From Patescibacteria group bacterium (lineage in GTDB: Bacteria; Patescibacteriota; Minisyncoccia; Phycocordibacterales; JAGLPS01): a stretch of DNA of 35,802 bases. Shown in pieces: positions 25,746-35,162 of this stretch. Every line of letters starts with the position of its first letter. The first letter of the stretch is position 1. The stretch lies in NCBI GenBank assembly GCA_038057845.1, contig JBBUCK010000090.1, positions 17,183 through 52,984 of the forward strand. The letters run 5' to 3'. A model generated the notes under the pieces. The model had not been told where the DNA came from. It was given only the letters and a program-made list of their open reading frames with translations, and did no database searches. The position numbers were made by a program, and so were the translations under genes.

Positions 25746-26948
25746 TTAGAAACTTCCCGCAATGTTGTATATAGGGAGCAACACTGCGGCAAGAAGGACT
25801 CCAACGCCGACACCCAAAGCAACTATCATAACTGGCTCAATAAGGTCAACAAGCGTATCAATGGCTGTCGTTACTTCACGCTGGTAGAACTTAGCCATAG
25901 TCTTTAGTATATTTCCAAGCTCACCAGTTTCTTCGCCTACGCGAATCATTTGCACAATAATAGTTGGCATTTCTTCATGCTCTAAAAGAGCAGAAGAAAA
26001 AGGACTTCCTCCCCGCACTGATTCAAGACTATCTAGAAGGATGCTTCGATAAAGCGGACTTCCCACAACAGAAGCTGTGATTTCAATTGCACGAAGCATT
26101 GGAATACCCGAGGCAATCATTGTACTCATGTTGTCGGAAATACGTGAAAGGTAGAGTTTTTTATAGAGATCGCCCACATATGGAACTCGTAGTCGGAAAA
26201 TATCAAAAGCAAGCGCTCCATCTGGAGTTTGGATAAAACGTCCGAGGAAAAAACCTCCTATAGCAAGGAATACGAGAATAAAAAGTCCGTAATTAATGAA
26301 AAAGTCACTTGTCCATATGACTAGCTTAGTATAGATCGGTAATTCCCCACCAGATTCAACGAGAACAGCTGTAATTTTAGGAATAATTACAGTGAACATT
26401 AGGGCCATCACAGCGATAAAGACAACGATAACAAAAGCAGGGTAGATGAGAGCTCCTTTTGCTTTGGAAGTAACTTCATACGTACGGTCAAGATAATCGG
26501 CCAGGTAGTTAAAGATTTCGTCCAACCGTCCCGATTCCTCACCTGAACGCACCATGTTTACATAAAAATCAGAAAAAATGGTCGGGTGCCTTGAAAGTGC
26601 TTTTGAAATTGAGCTGCCGGCTTGCAAGTCGTTTGCAACATTATCGAGGATTTCGCGTAAAATTTTGTTTTCAGCTTCGTTAGCAAGTAATTTAAAAATT
26701 CGGAGTGCCGGAACCTTTGCCTGAAAGAGCGTTGACATTTGTCGAGAAAGAATAACGATGTCTTTAGCAGAAACATCGTGAAGAAAAGAAAACCATGCTA
26801 ACTCACGACGTTCTTCAACTGGAATAATCGAAGAGAGAACAAGTCCTTGGTTCTGAAGAGAACCAATTGCAGCATCAATATTGATAGACTCGATTGTTCC
26901 CCTTCTTTCCTCCCCCGCTTTATTTATCCCTTTGTAATTAAATAACAT
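25746..26948 (-). CDS. pilC: Type IV pilus platform protein (GspF family)
   Basis: RQMSTL..A.VP, GEESGRL, ALIYP, GEETGEL and LIEP motifs. Confidence 0.95.
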   Translation of the reverse strand: MLFNYKGINKAGEERRGTIESINIDAAIGSLQNQGLVLSSIIPVEERRELAWFSFLHDVSAKDIVILSRQMSTLFQAKVPALRIFKLLANEAENKILREILDNVANDLQAGSSISKALSRHPTIFSDFYVNMVRSGEESGRLDEIFNYLADYLDRTYEVTSKAKGALIYPAFVIVVFIAVMALMFTVIIPKITAVLVESGGELPIYTKLVIWTSDFFINYGLFILVFLAIGGFFLGRFIQTPDGALAFDIFRLRVPYVGDLYKKLYLSRISDNMSTMIASGIPMLRAIEITASVVGSPLYRSILLDSLESVRGGSPFSSALLEHEEMPTIIVQMIRVGEETGELGNILKTMAKFYQREVTTAIDTLVDLIEPVMIVALGVGVGVLLAAVLLPIYNIAGSF

Positions 26949-26957
26949 GAATAAATA

Positions 26958-28019
26958 TTAGAGCATTCGCTCAAGAGTTTTTTGGTTAGCTGAATGAAGG
27001 TAGGCATTTTCAACAGTAATTTCTCCACGACGTACTAAATCAGCAAGACAGCGATTAAGGTCAATCATGCCTTCTTGTGAGCTTGTTTCAATAACTGTAC
27101 CGATTTCGTGAGTCCTTCCTTCTCGTATAAGGTTTGAAACTGCACTATTGGAAAGTAAAAGTTCGTACGCAGGAATAAGACCACCTGAAATTCGTGGAAC
27201 AAGACGCTGGGAAAAGATACCAATTAAACTTCCTGCGAGTTGCATGCGAATTTGGTCCTGCTGTGTCGCAGGAAAAGAGTCAATGATACGGTCGACTGTT
27301 TGAGCTGCGGTATTTGTATGAAGTGTGGAAAGCACAAGATGTCCCGTTTCCGCCGCTGTCACAGCAGTTGAAATAGTGTCTGGGTCGCGCATTTCGCCAA
27401 TCATCAAGACATCAACATCTTGTCTAAATACACTATGAAGACCTGATTGAAAGCTCATTGTGTCGTATCGAACTTCACGTTGGTCAATAATTGATTTTTT
27501 TTGTTCAAACACATACTCAACTGGATCTTCAATTGTAATGATGTGCTCTAGCCTGTCGGAATTTATCATTTCAATAATAGTTGCGAGGGTTGTGCTTTTG
27601 CCTTGTCCTGTAGGCCCAACAACAAGAAAGAACCCTTGCTGTTTACGCGTAAACAACTCAAGCGTTTCTGGAAGGTTAAGTTCTTTAAGAGTACGAATAC
27701 GTCGCGGAATTAGACGGAGGGCAACACTTATTTTCCCTTGTTGATAGTATGAATTACCTCGAAAACGAGCTTTTTCTTTAAACACATAAGCAAAATCAAC
27801 TTCTTTTTTATCAGCTAAAATTTGTTTTTGTTCTAGAGTCAAAAGCGCGCTCGCAAGCCCGGAAAGAGTTTCTTTGGTAAGTATGTCTTTTTTGACAAGT
27901 GGAATAAGAAAACCTGCCACCCTAAGTGTCGGATGACGGCCTTCGGAGAGATGAAGGTCAGAACCATCTTCGCTGATTATTGTCTCCAACAATTCATCAA
28001 GTTCTTGTTTATAATCCAT
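26958..28019 (-). CDS. pilT: Type IV pilus retraction ATPase
   Basis: GSDLHL, GPTGQGKSTT, TIEDPVE, GEMRD and AAETGHLVLSTLHT. Confidence 0.95.
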   Translation of the reverse strand: MDYKQELDELLETIISEDGSDLHLSEGRHPTLRVAGFLIPLVKKDILTKETLSGLASALLTLEQKQILADKKEVDFAYVFKEKARFRGNSYYQQGKISVALRLIPRRIRTLKELNLPETLELFTRKQQGFFLVVGPTGQGKSTTLATIIEMINSDRLEHIITIEDPVEYVFEQKKSIIDQREVRYDTMSFQSGLHSVFRQDVDVLMIGEMRDPDTISTAVTAAETGHLVLSTLHTNTAAQTVDRIIDSFPATQQDQIRMQLAGSLIGIFSQRLVPRISGGLIPAYELLLSNSAVSNLIREGRTHEIGTVIETSSQEGMIDLNRCLADLVRRGEITVENAYLHSANQKTLERML

Positions 28020-28139
28020 CCCGTTTAGAGACAGGTCGCGGTCTTCCCGCCCTGCCTGTGCTTATTCTTGTAAAAATTCACTCGACTTGTATTTATATTA
28101 TACACCTTATTGTGTTACGCGACCGCGGTCTCTAACGGG
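28020..28139. mobile_element. 120-bp MITE related to the 16425-16704 element, inserted at the pilT start
   Basis: cccgtttagagac...gtctctaacggg ends; inner ggtcgcg/cgcgacc; atccat duplicated at 28014-28019 and 28140-28145. Confidence 0.8.
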
Positions 28140-28171
28140 ATCCATTGCCATATCTAACTTAAATTTAAAAA

Positions 28172-28567
28172 TTATTTATTTTTTGCTTGTACAATTTTGA
28201 GGACTTCTTCTACTACTTCGGAAGGAATGGCCGTTGCTTTTATAATATACCCATCAACCCCGAGACTCTTGGCATTATTCACATCACTTTCTCCGCCTTG
28301 ATTTGTAAGCATGATAATTGCCGCGTGAGGAGCAAGATTGTCTTTTTTAATGAGTTTTAAAAGTTCATTACCATCAATTGCCGGCATAATCACGTCGAGA
28401 AGAAGAACATCGGGGTCAAGGCCTCCGCGAAGCTCTGTTAATGCCTCTTCCCCTCCTGTAATTGCCGTGACGTCAAAATTTTCTTTCCCAAACTTAAGCG
28501 AATACATGTTGAGAAGAAATTGGTCGTCATCAACAATTAAAATCTTATATTTTTTTTGAGTATCCAT
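28172..28567 (-). CDS. Single-domain response regulator (receiver)
   Basis: ILIVDDD, LLDVIMP.IDG, MLTN and YIIK. Confidence 0.92.
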   Translation of the reverse strand: MDTQKKYKILIVDDDQFLLNMYSLKFGKENFDVTAITGGEEALTELRGGLDPDVLLLDVIMPAIDGNELLKLIKKDNLAPHAAIIMLTNQGGESDVNNAKSLGVDGYIIKATAIPSEVVEEVLKIVQAKNK

Positions 28568-28625
28568 ACTATCCGCCCTATTTCCTCTTTAAAGCACCTA
28601 TTTACTATACCATAATCTCCCTGCG

Positions 28626-30365
28626 CTAGAGACCATTAACCTCTTCAAAAGGAACTATTCTCTTAAAAGATTTCAGAAGCGCGTCTTCTTTCATCGTAAT
28701 CATTCCATTCTTTCGGGCAATTTTCCAAATATCAATTTCTGTAGGGGTTCCAAGAACAGATGCTTCGAGCTCTTTATCCATTTCAAGAACTTCCATGACT
28801 GCAACACGGCCCCGGACACCTGACGGACATTCTGCTGTTGGAGAAATTTCATATAATTCCTTTCCTATTGGCAAATCTTTTTTAAATGCTTGTGGCAGGT
28901 CAGCGAATTGTTTTTCAATCATCATAGCCATTCCCCCTTCCACAGATATTGGTTTTCCAGCTCCTGGGCAGAGAGTGCGCACAAGTCTTTGTGCCATAGC
29001 GAGAATAAGGGTAGGTCCTATAAGGTACGGATCAACGCCCATGTCGATGAGACGAGGAATAACACCGATGGCATTGTTTGTGTGAATGGTTGAAAGAACA
29101 AGGTGACCGGTAAGTGCGGCTTGAATGGCAAGTTGGGCAGTTTCTTTGTCTCGAATTTCACCAACCATGATAATGTCTGGGTCTTGTCGAAGTGTTGTGC
29201 GCAGACCAGTTGCAAAGGTATAACCAATTTCTGGACGAACCTGGGATTGGTTTATCCCCTCAATACTATACTCAATCGGGTCTTCAAGACTCAAAACATT
29301 TTTTGTCTCCTTATCTATTTCATTTAACATTGCATACAGAGTTGTTGTTTTACCCGACCCGGTCGGACCTGAAATGAGAATAAGGCCGTACGGACGTTTT
29401 ATCGCGCGACGAATAGCTTCGAGGTTATTTTTACTCAATCCAAGTTCATCAATTTTTTTAACTCCTTTTTCTTGGTCAAGAATACGCATAACAACCTTCT
29501 CACCATAAAATGTTGGGAATGTTGAAACGCGAAAGTCTATTTTACGTCCCCCGATTTTTGCCGAAAAACGACCATCTTGTGGTTTTCGTTTTTCATCAAG
29601 AGGCATGCTCGCAAGAATTTTGATACGAGCAACGACTGCCGCATGCGCCTCTTTAGGAAGAATCAAGCTTGTATTTAATATGCCATCAACACGAAAACGA
29701 ACACGCACAGTGTCACGCGTACGTTCAATGTGGACGTCTGATGTATTACCTTCGGTCGCGTAACGCAAAATTGTCGCAACAATTTTTTTTACTGGAGCAT
29801 CTTCGGCTGTTTCTGCACTCTCTTCAGAACCATCGCCGCTTTCTCTTTCTTTGAGTTTTTCACTAGGAGTTCCTTCGGCCTCTGTACCCTCATCATCAAG
29901 ATCTCTTTCAAGTTCTTCAAGCGCTTTTGTCACCTCACGCGAAAGGCCCTTATACATGTTAATAACTTTTTCAAAATCTTGAGAAGAAATAAGAAAAAGC
30001 TTAAAAGGCATGTGCACCTTGGAAGAGATGAAAGTAAGAGCATCACGTGCCTCAATATTGTCCGGGTCGGTAATACCAACTTCAAGTACGCCATCCTTTA
30101 CTCCGATAGGAACAAATCGATAATGAGTTGCAGATTCTTCAGGAATATATTCAAGAATAGTGCTCTCAATATCTCTATCACCTATTGAATACACGGGAAC
30201 ATTCAGATGTTCTCCTTTACTTTCAAGAATGTCTACTGCGGGAACACCCATCTCAACAAGCACCTGCTCTATGGATTCTCCACTAGTTCCCGCCTTACGT
30301 CGAATAGAAGGAATATTTTCTTCCTGAATAATATTTTTTCTTGCAAGGATTTCTAATATGCCCAT
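28626..30365 (-). CDS. pilB: Type IV pilus assembly ATPase (GspE/PulE family)
   Basis: SDVHIE, RFRVDG, PQDGR, GPTGSGKTTT, LEDPIE, LRQDPD and ALTGHLV. Confidence 0.95.
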   Translation of the reverse strand: MGILEILARKNIIQEENIPSIRRKAGTSGESIEQVLVEMGVPAVDILESKGEHLNVPVYSIGDRDIESTILEYIPEESATHYRFVPIGVKDGVLEVGITDPDNIEARDALTFISSKVHMPFKLFLISSQDFEKVINMYKGLSREVTKALEELERDLDDEGTEAEGTPSEKLKERESGDGSEESAETAEDAPVKKIVATILRYATEGNTSDVHIERTRDTVRVRFRVDGILNTSLILPKEAHAAVVARIKILASMPLDEKRKPQDGRFSAKIGGRKIDFRVSTFPTFYGEKVVMRILDQEKGVKKIDELGLSKNNLEAIRRAIKRPYGLILISGPTGSGKTTTLYAMLNEIDKETKNVLSLEDPIEYSIEGINQSQVRPEIGYTFATGLRTTLRQDPDIIMVGEIRDKETAQLAIQAALTGHLVLSTIHTNNAIGVIPRLIDMGVDPYLIGPTLILAMAQRLVRTLCPGAGKPISVEGGMAMMIEKQFADLPQAFKKDLPIGKELYEISPTAECPSGVRGRVAVMEVLEMDKELEASVLGTPTEIDIWKIARKNGMITMKEDALLKSFKRIVPFEEVNGL

Positions 30366-30405
30366 ATAAATCTATGTTATACCCAAAAACCGAAAACCTG
30401 TTTTT

Positions 30406-30705
30406 TTATTTTTTTATCGCGGCAAAAGGGTTAATCCTTCCCACTATTTGAGAAGGGATAATCAAGTCAAACTCCTTGAGATTTTGGAATTCAGATGTTG
30501 CAAAAAAGGAACCATCAAGTGAGACCTCGTTGAGACGATTTAGCGTCTCCACCACTTTTTGCCCAACAGCACTCACTGGTCGTGATGAATCTAGGGGTGT
30601 CATCTTAAAAAAAACTGTATACCCCCAAAAAACAATCACAGCAAAGACAATGAGGATAATTGATCCTGTGTTTTGCTTTAAAAAGTTTTGATTATTCTCG
30701 TTCAT
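30406..30705 (-). CDS. Small membrane-anchored pilus-cluster protein (PilP position)
   Basis: TM anchor; C-terminal GR.NPF; located between pilO and pilB. Confidence 0.65.
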   Translation of the reverse strand: MNENNQNFLKQNTGSIILIVFAVIVFWGYTVFFKMTPLDSSRPVSAVGQKVVETLNRLNEVSLDGSFFATSEFQNLKEFDLIIPSQIVGRINPFAAIKK

Positions 30706-30715
30706 AATTTCTTGA

Positions 30716-31264
30716 TTAAGGAAGCCAGTAGGTTTTCATTGTCACTTGATACGAAAATGTTGGCATTCCTGAACTAACAGTAAAAGATATGTTTGAAAAA
30801 TCAACAATGCGCAGATTGGATTCAAGATCCGACATAAACTGAATGAATTTTTCGTATGTCGCATTAAAAGAAAAAGTCATAATTACTGTTTTATATTCTT
30901 CAGAAAGCGGCTCGGTTATATTTGTAGAAGCATTGGTTCTTGACCGGTTTTCTTGAACACGAATTGCCCGAATTTTAATACCATATTTTTCTCCGATACC
31001 ATCGATTTCAGCAGTCAGCCTTACGTTATCAATTTCAGACGGAACCATTTTCTCCAATCGGAGAAGGTTATCGTTTGTAAATGTGTTATATCTGTTAACA
31101 AGAGTTGTTTTTAACTCTGTAAGCGCTTGAGCCTTCTCAAGCGCTTGTTTATATTCTTTTGCCTCTGATTGCAATTCACGTACATCCGCATATGTTGGGT
31201 CAATGTACATATAAAAAACAGCGAAAGAAAGAATGATTAGTAAAATTGGAAGAATGGGTTTCAT
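30716..31264 (-). CDS. pilO: PilO-like protein
   Basis: TM helix plus coiled coil; Y..F..F..DLE...RI motif; position in cluster. Confidence 0.8.
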   Translation of the reverse strand: MKPILPILLIILSFAVFYMYIDPTYADVRELQSEAKEYKQALEKAQALTELKTTLVNRYNTFTNDNLLRLEKMVPSEIDNVRLTAEIDGIGEKYGIKIRAIRVQENRSRTNASTNITEPLSEEYKTVIMTFSFNATYEKFIQFMSDLESNLRIVDFSNISFTVSSGMPTFSYQVTMKTYWLP

Positions 31265-31269
31265 TTTAT

Positions 31270-31893
31270 TTAGTATGGAAAACCGCCGAAAGAAAGTGAC
31301 TGCAAGGAATCTTTATACAAAAGACTTTTAGCATCAAACACAACACTTAACCTGAAAAGCACATTACCCTCGTTATCAAGATCGAGGTCAGAAAAAGTAG
31401 AATTTTTCACTTGTTCACTTTCATTTAAAACATCCGACTGAAGAACAAGCGTCGCGTAATTTTTTGCTCTTCCTCTCATCTCAACCCCAATACCGCTTTC
31501 AAGATTGTTGATCGTGTAACTAAAATCCGTAAATTGAACGTTCTGTAAGGTAAGCGACTGGAGAAGTTCAAAAAAAGCCGTTGTTGAAATATGTTCGAGG
31601 AGAAGCTTGTGGGCTGATTTAAGACGGCCATCAAGAGCAATCAATGTATCGACTACTTCATCAGAATCGAGAGATGATTGCGCCTTCACAAGTTTGGAAT
31701 CAAGGTCGCTAATATGTTTAAGAAGATATTGTTGATAACTGAAAACACCGACAGAACCAACAAGGACTAAAAGAAAAATAATACCTCCAACAAAAGGCAT
31801 GAGTGCAGTTTGTCGACGAGTAGTATGGCCAACGCGCCCTTGGAGAACAACGGGCTTTTTGGGAATAAAAGATTGTGTAAACTTAGGATCCAT
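31270..31893 (-). CDS. pilN: PilN-like protein
   Basis: SFIPK N-terminal motif, TM helix, coiled coil; between pilM and pilO. Confidence 0.75.
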   Translation of the reverse strand: MDPKFTQSFIPKKPVVLQGRVGHTTRRQTALMPFVGGIIFLLVLVGSVGVFSYQQYLLKHISDLDSKLVKAQSSLDSDEVVDTLIALDGRLKSAHKLLLEHISTTAFFELLQSLTLQNVQFTDFSYTINNLESGIGVEMRGRAKNYATLVLQSDVLNESEQVKNSTFSDLDLDNEGNVLFRLSVVFDAKSLLYKDSLQSLSFGGFPY

Positions 31894-31935
31894 GAGAACT
31901 ATGAACTTCCCCTCAAGTATATCACGAGCATATAG

Positions 31936-33057
31936 CTATTCAAATTCTTGCAAGCGACGAAGTGCTACACCAAGAGCTACGGCAAACTCTGGACCAACAG
32001 TTTTGAGTACTTCATCAAGAAAAGCTGGAGCTTCCACTTTTGAAAATGGGTCCCCGAGTACAACTTCTGACTGAAATGCGCTGTGTGCACGATCTTTAAA
32101 ACCTGCAAGCTCGACACCTCCGCCAACGAGAACTACCTTATGTATGGTTTTTGAATATTTTTTCTGATAGGCGATTATCGCGCGGCTTGCTTCGGAAAAA
32201 ACGTAGTCGAGAATAAGTGACATTGCTTCAATGGCATCCCTGTCATCAGCGTGCCCACCAAGTTTTGGGTCACGTTTTATCACTTCTGCTTTTTCCACAG
32301 GAACAGCAAGAGCTCGAGAGAGAGCCATGGTAATATCTTGAGAGCCGCGATTAATCGCGTGCGAACTGCGCACAATTCCCCGTTCCAGAATGTAGAGTTT
32401 GGTAGAAGCCGCTCCCATATCAAAAATCATTACTGGAGCTGTGTCTTGATCAAGTGAAGAACGCATTGTACTGAAAACTTCAATTTCAAAGAAGCTCGCA
32501 TTGAGGTTGCTCTTTTGCACAATTTCTTGATATTTCGCAATAGAGTCGTTGTGAATCGCCACAATAAGAACATCCTGCTTGCCCGCAAGTTTCACTTCAT
32601 TATGCGTTTTATCGGCAGAAGAATTTTGATCCGGAGAATTTTTGCTTTCAGGAATAACAGACCAGTCAAGAGTAACTTCCGAAATAGGGACAGGGATATA
32701 TTTTCTTGCCTCAATCGGCACCATACCAGCAAGTTCTGCCTCGGGAACCGCGGGCATTTCAACTATAGTCATGAGACTTGAACTAAATGGAATCGCAAAA
32801 CCGCATTCGCGCGTAGTTACTCCAGATTCTTTAATGACATCGCTTAACGCTTCGACGAGCTTCTCTACTGCTGAATTTGTCGCGCGGCCTATTTCCATAT
32901 CGGCGTATGGCCCGAGCGCAATAGCACCATATGTATCAAGTGAAGCCTTATTTCCTTTTTTGCTTAATTGAACAACTTTAATTGCGGAAGCGCCAATATC
33001 AACACCAAGAACGGATCGACTTGATTGTTTGAAAAGATTTTTTAAAAACGGAGGCAT
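31936..33057 (-). CDS. pilM: Type IV pilus assembly protein PilM
   Basis: LGVDIG..AIKVV, EARKYIP, DMGA..T, LVGGG and A.GVALR actin-like motifs. Confidence 0.95.
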   Translation of the reverse strand: MPPFLKNLFKQSSRSVLGVDIGASAIKVVQLSKKGNKASLDTYGAIALGPYADMEIGRATNSAVEKLVEALSDVIKESGVTTRECGFAIPFSSSLMTIVEMPAVPEAELAGMVPIEARKYIPVPISEVTLDWSVIPESKNSPDQNSSADKTHNEVKLAGKQDVLIVAIHNDSIAKYQEIVQKSNLNASFFEIEVFSTMRSSLDQDTAPVMIFDMGAASTKLYILERGIVRSSHAINRGSQDITMALSRALAVPVEKAEVIKRDPKLGGHADDRDAIEAMSLILDYVFSEASRAIIAYQKKYSKTIHKVVLVGGGVELAGFKDRAHSAFQSEVVLGDPFSKVEAPAFLDEVLKTVGPEFAVALGVALRRLQEFE

Positions 33058-33106
33058 TTTCGATATAATTTTTTAGTATAACATAAGAGTATATCAACTA
33101 TTATAT

Positions 33107-33757
33107 ATGTTTAAACAGATTTTTGCTCTAATGAATGAACTGTTTTTCCCTTCCCTTCCGGAAGTGAAAAAACTCCAAGAAATGAAAGTGGAAGAGTATA
33201 TGGAGACATTTCCAAAAGCAGAAATAGGTAAGAAAAATGTTCACGTGCTCTGGAAATATAGCCACCCACTTGTGAAAACGGCTATTTGGGAAATTAAATA
33301 CAATAAAAATGTTCTGATTGTGAAGCGTGTTGGAGAGATTTTATATGCAGAGATTATGGCCCACCTTGAAGATTATGTGCTTTTTGAAAACACGAGAAAA
33401 ATATTACTTATCCCTATACCCTCTTCCCATCGACGATTTAAGGAGCGTGGCTATAACCAAACAGAATTACTATGTGAAGCTATATCAAGTTTCGACAATA
33501 TGAATTTATTTGAATATAAGAAAAATATTTTAATGCGAATAAAAGAAACTTCGCCACAAACAAAAACATTAACTAAAAAAGAACGTGAACAAAATCCCGT
33601 GGGGTCCTTTGGTATCAAAAAGCCGGAAGAGGTGGTGAAGCGAACTGTAGTGCTTATAGACGATGTTCTCACAACTGGAAGTACGTTAAAAGAAGCAGTA
33701 AGGGTTCTCAAGAAAGCCCGAGCAAAAGATGTATTTGTTTTTACTATCGCTCATTAA
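33107..33757 (+). CDS. comF: ComF-family phosphoribosyltransferase-like competence protein
   Basis: IPIP, RGYNQ, LIDDVLTTGSTL. Confidence 0.9.
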   Translation: MFKQIFALMNELFFPSLPEVKKLQEMKVEEYMETFPKAEIGKKNVHVLWKYSHPLVKTAIWEIKYNKNVLIVKRVGEILYAEIMAHLEDYVLFENTRKILLIPIPSSHRRFKERGYNQTELLCEAISSFDNMNLFEYKKNILMRIKETSPQTKTLTKKEREQNPVGSFGIKKPEEVVKRTVVLIDDVLTTGSTLKEAVRVLKKARAKDVFVFTIAH

Positions 33758-33876
33758 AAACAGCTTTTAGCTCCGACCAGAAGCATCGAGACTTAAGTAG
33801 GAATTAGCTTTTAGACAAATTATTCCAAAAATAATGGGAAAAGAAAGACAGATGTGTTAAAGTCTTTTTACACCAT

Positions 33877-33968
33877 GGAGAGGTGGCTGAGCGGTCGAAA
33901 GCGCCTCACTGCTAACGAGGTAAGCCCGTTAAACGGCTTCGCGGGTTCAAATCCCGCCCTCTCCGCCA
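33877..33968 (+). tRNA. tRNA-Ser(GCU) with encoded CCA
   Basis: GGAGAGG/CCTCTCC-G-CCA; CCTCA-CT-GCT-AA-CGAGG; long variable arm. Confidence 0.95.
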
Positions 33969-34004
33969 GTAGTTTTTAGAGCTTAAACAAAAGAGTTTTA
34001 AGCT

Positions 34005-34679
34005 ATGCTTATAAAAACTTTAAACTTTATGAATATACACTTTACTTATAATCGAGAGAAAGATGTTTGGTGCCTATTAAACAAAGGCAAAAGCTCAAAC
34101 AATTCGCAAACAGCGACCAAGGTGTACGAGGAACTTGTACATGCGTATGGGGAACATCTAACACCGGACAAGGTTTCAGCATTCATTGATACCTATATCG
34201 CCGATAAAGGTATTGATATACCTGCTCTCATAACCAAATTTGAAAATGATTGGTCTGCGATTGCCGACGAATACTATATACGCGCGGAACGCGTGTTTGG
34301 TAAAACCTTGCCGCACGATGTGACGGCATATCTGACGGTTAATACACGATGTCCATATAGCATCGAAAATCATTACTTCTTTGTTTCCATGCTCAATACA
34401 TCGGCTAGAAAGACGATCGTGCACGAGCTTTGGCATTTTTATACATGGCAGAGATTCGGGTCAGATTACGAAACTCGATTAGGAAAGCAGAAATACAATG
34501 ACATCAAGGAAGCCCTTACTGTTTTACTTAATATCGAATGTACTGATTTGCTTCCAGAAGGCGTGACTGATACCGGATATCCTCAGCATAAAGAATTGCG
34601 TGAAAAAATCGTGACAATTTGGGAAGACACGAAAGATATCGAGAAGGTCTGGGTTGAGTCAGAGAATAGTTTGGTATGA
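34005..34679 (+). CDS. Hypothetical protein with HExxH motif (possible zincin-like metallopeptidase)
   Basis: IVHELWHF with downstream KEALT; start may be 34029. Confidence 0.65.
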   Translation: MLIKTLNFMNIHFTYNREKDVWCLLNKGKSSNNSQTATKVYEELVHAYGEHLTPDKVSAFIDTYIADKGIDIPALITKFENDWSAIADEYYIRAERVFGKTLPHDVTAYLTVNTRCPYSIENHYFFVSMLNTSARKTIVHELWHFYTWQRFGSDYETRLGKQKYNDIKEALTVLLNIECTDLLPEGVTDTGYPQHKELREKIVTIWEDTKDIEKVWVESENSLV

Positions 34680-34858
34680 TTATCCATATAACAAAGACTA
34701 AGCAAGCTAAAAAGCAGATCGGTATTTCCCCGGAACGTCTGGCGGAACTTCGTTGTGCCACACTTATAGCTTCTACCGGCTCATCACTCCGCCTTTCTGA
34801 CTCCAAAGTCACCAACGAGCAAGTTAAGCAGATACTTAAGTCGCTAAATCGCATATAG
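34676..34858 (+). CDS. Small protein resembling the N-terminal helices of Fic-family proteins
   Basis: PERLAELR.AT.IAS.GSS.R...SK.T..QV; ATGA overlap with the upstream gene. Confidence 0.4.
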   Translation: MIIHITKTKQAKKQIGISPERLAELRCATLIASTGSSLRLSDSKVTNEQVKQILKSLNRI

Positions 34859-35038
34859 CAGATATATACGAAAGTATGCGATTATATGCGTAAATCAATA
34901 GACCTTGCGGGCAAAGGCTGGGATTTCAAATAGATTTGGCTTTTCTTGGTAAATTCGCCTGAATTTTCGTATAATCTTATCAACCTTGTTGTAGCTAAGC
35001 CGTCCTATCGGTTCAAACTTCCGGGCATCGTCCCCGCC

Positions 35039-35073
35039 ATTAAAAACCCCCGCTTAAAGCGGGGGTTTTTAAT
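35039..35073. terminator. Bidirectional terminator
   Basis: attaaaaacccccgctt-a-aagcgggggtttttaat. Confidence 0.75.
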
Positions 35074-35162
35074 TAGAAAATAAATTTGCGTATAAGATAA
35101 GTATAAAGTAGTATTTGGCTAGAAAATACGGCAAAAAACTAAATGAGAGGAGTGTGGTGAAA

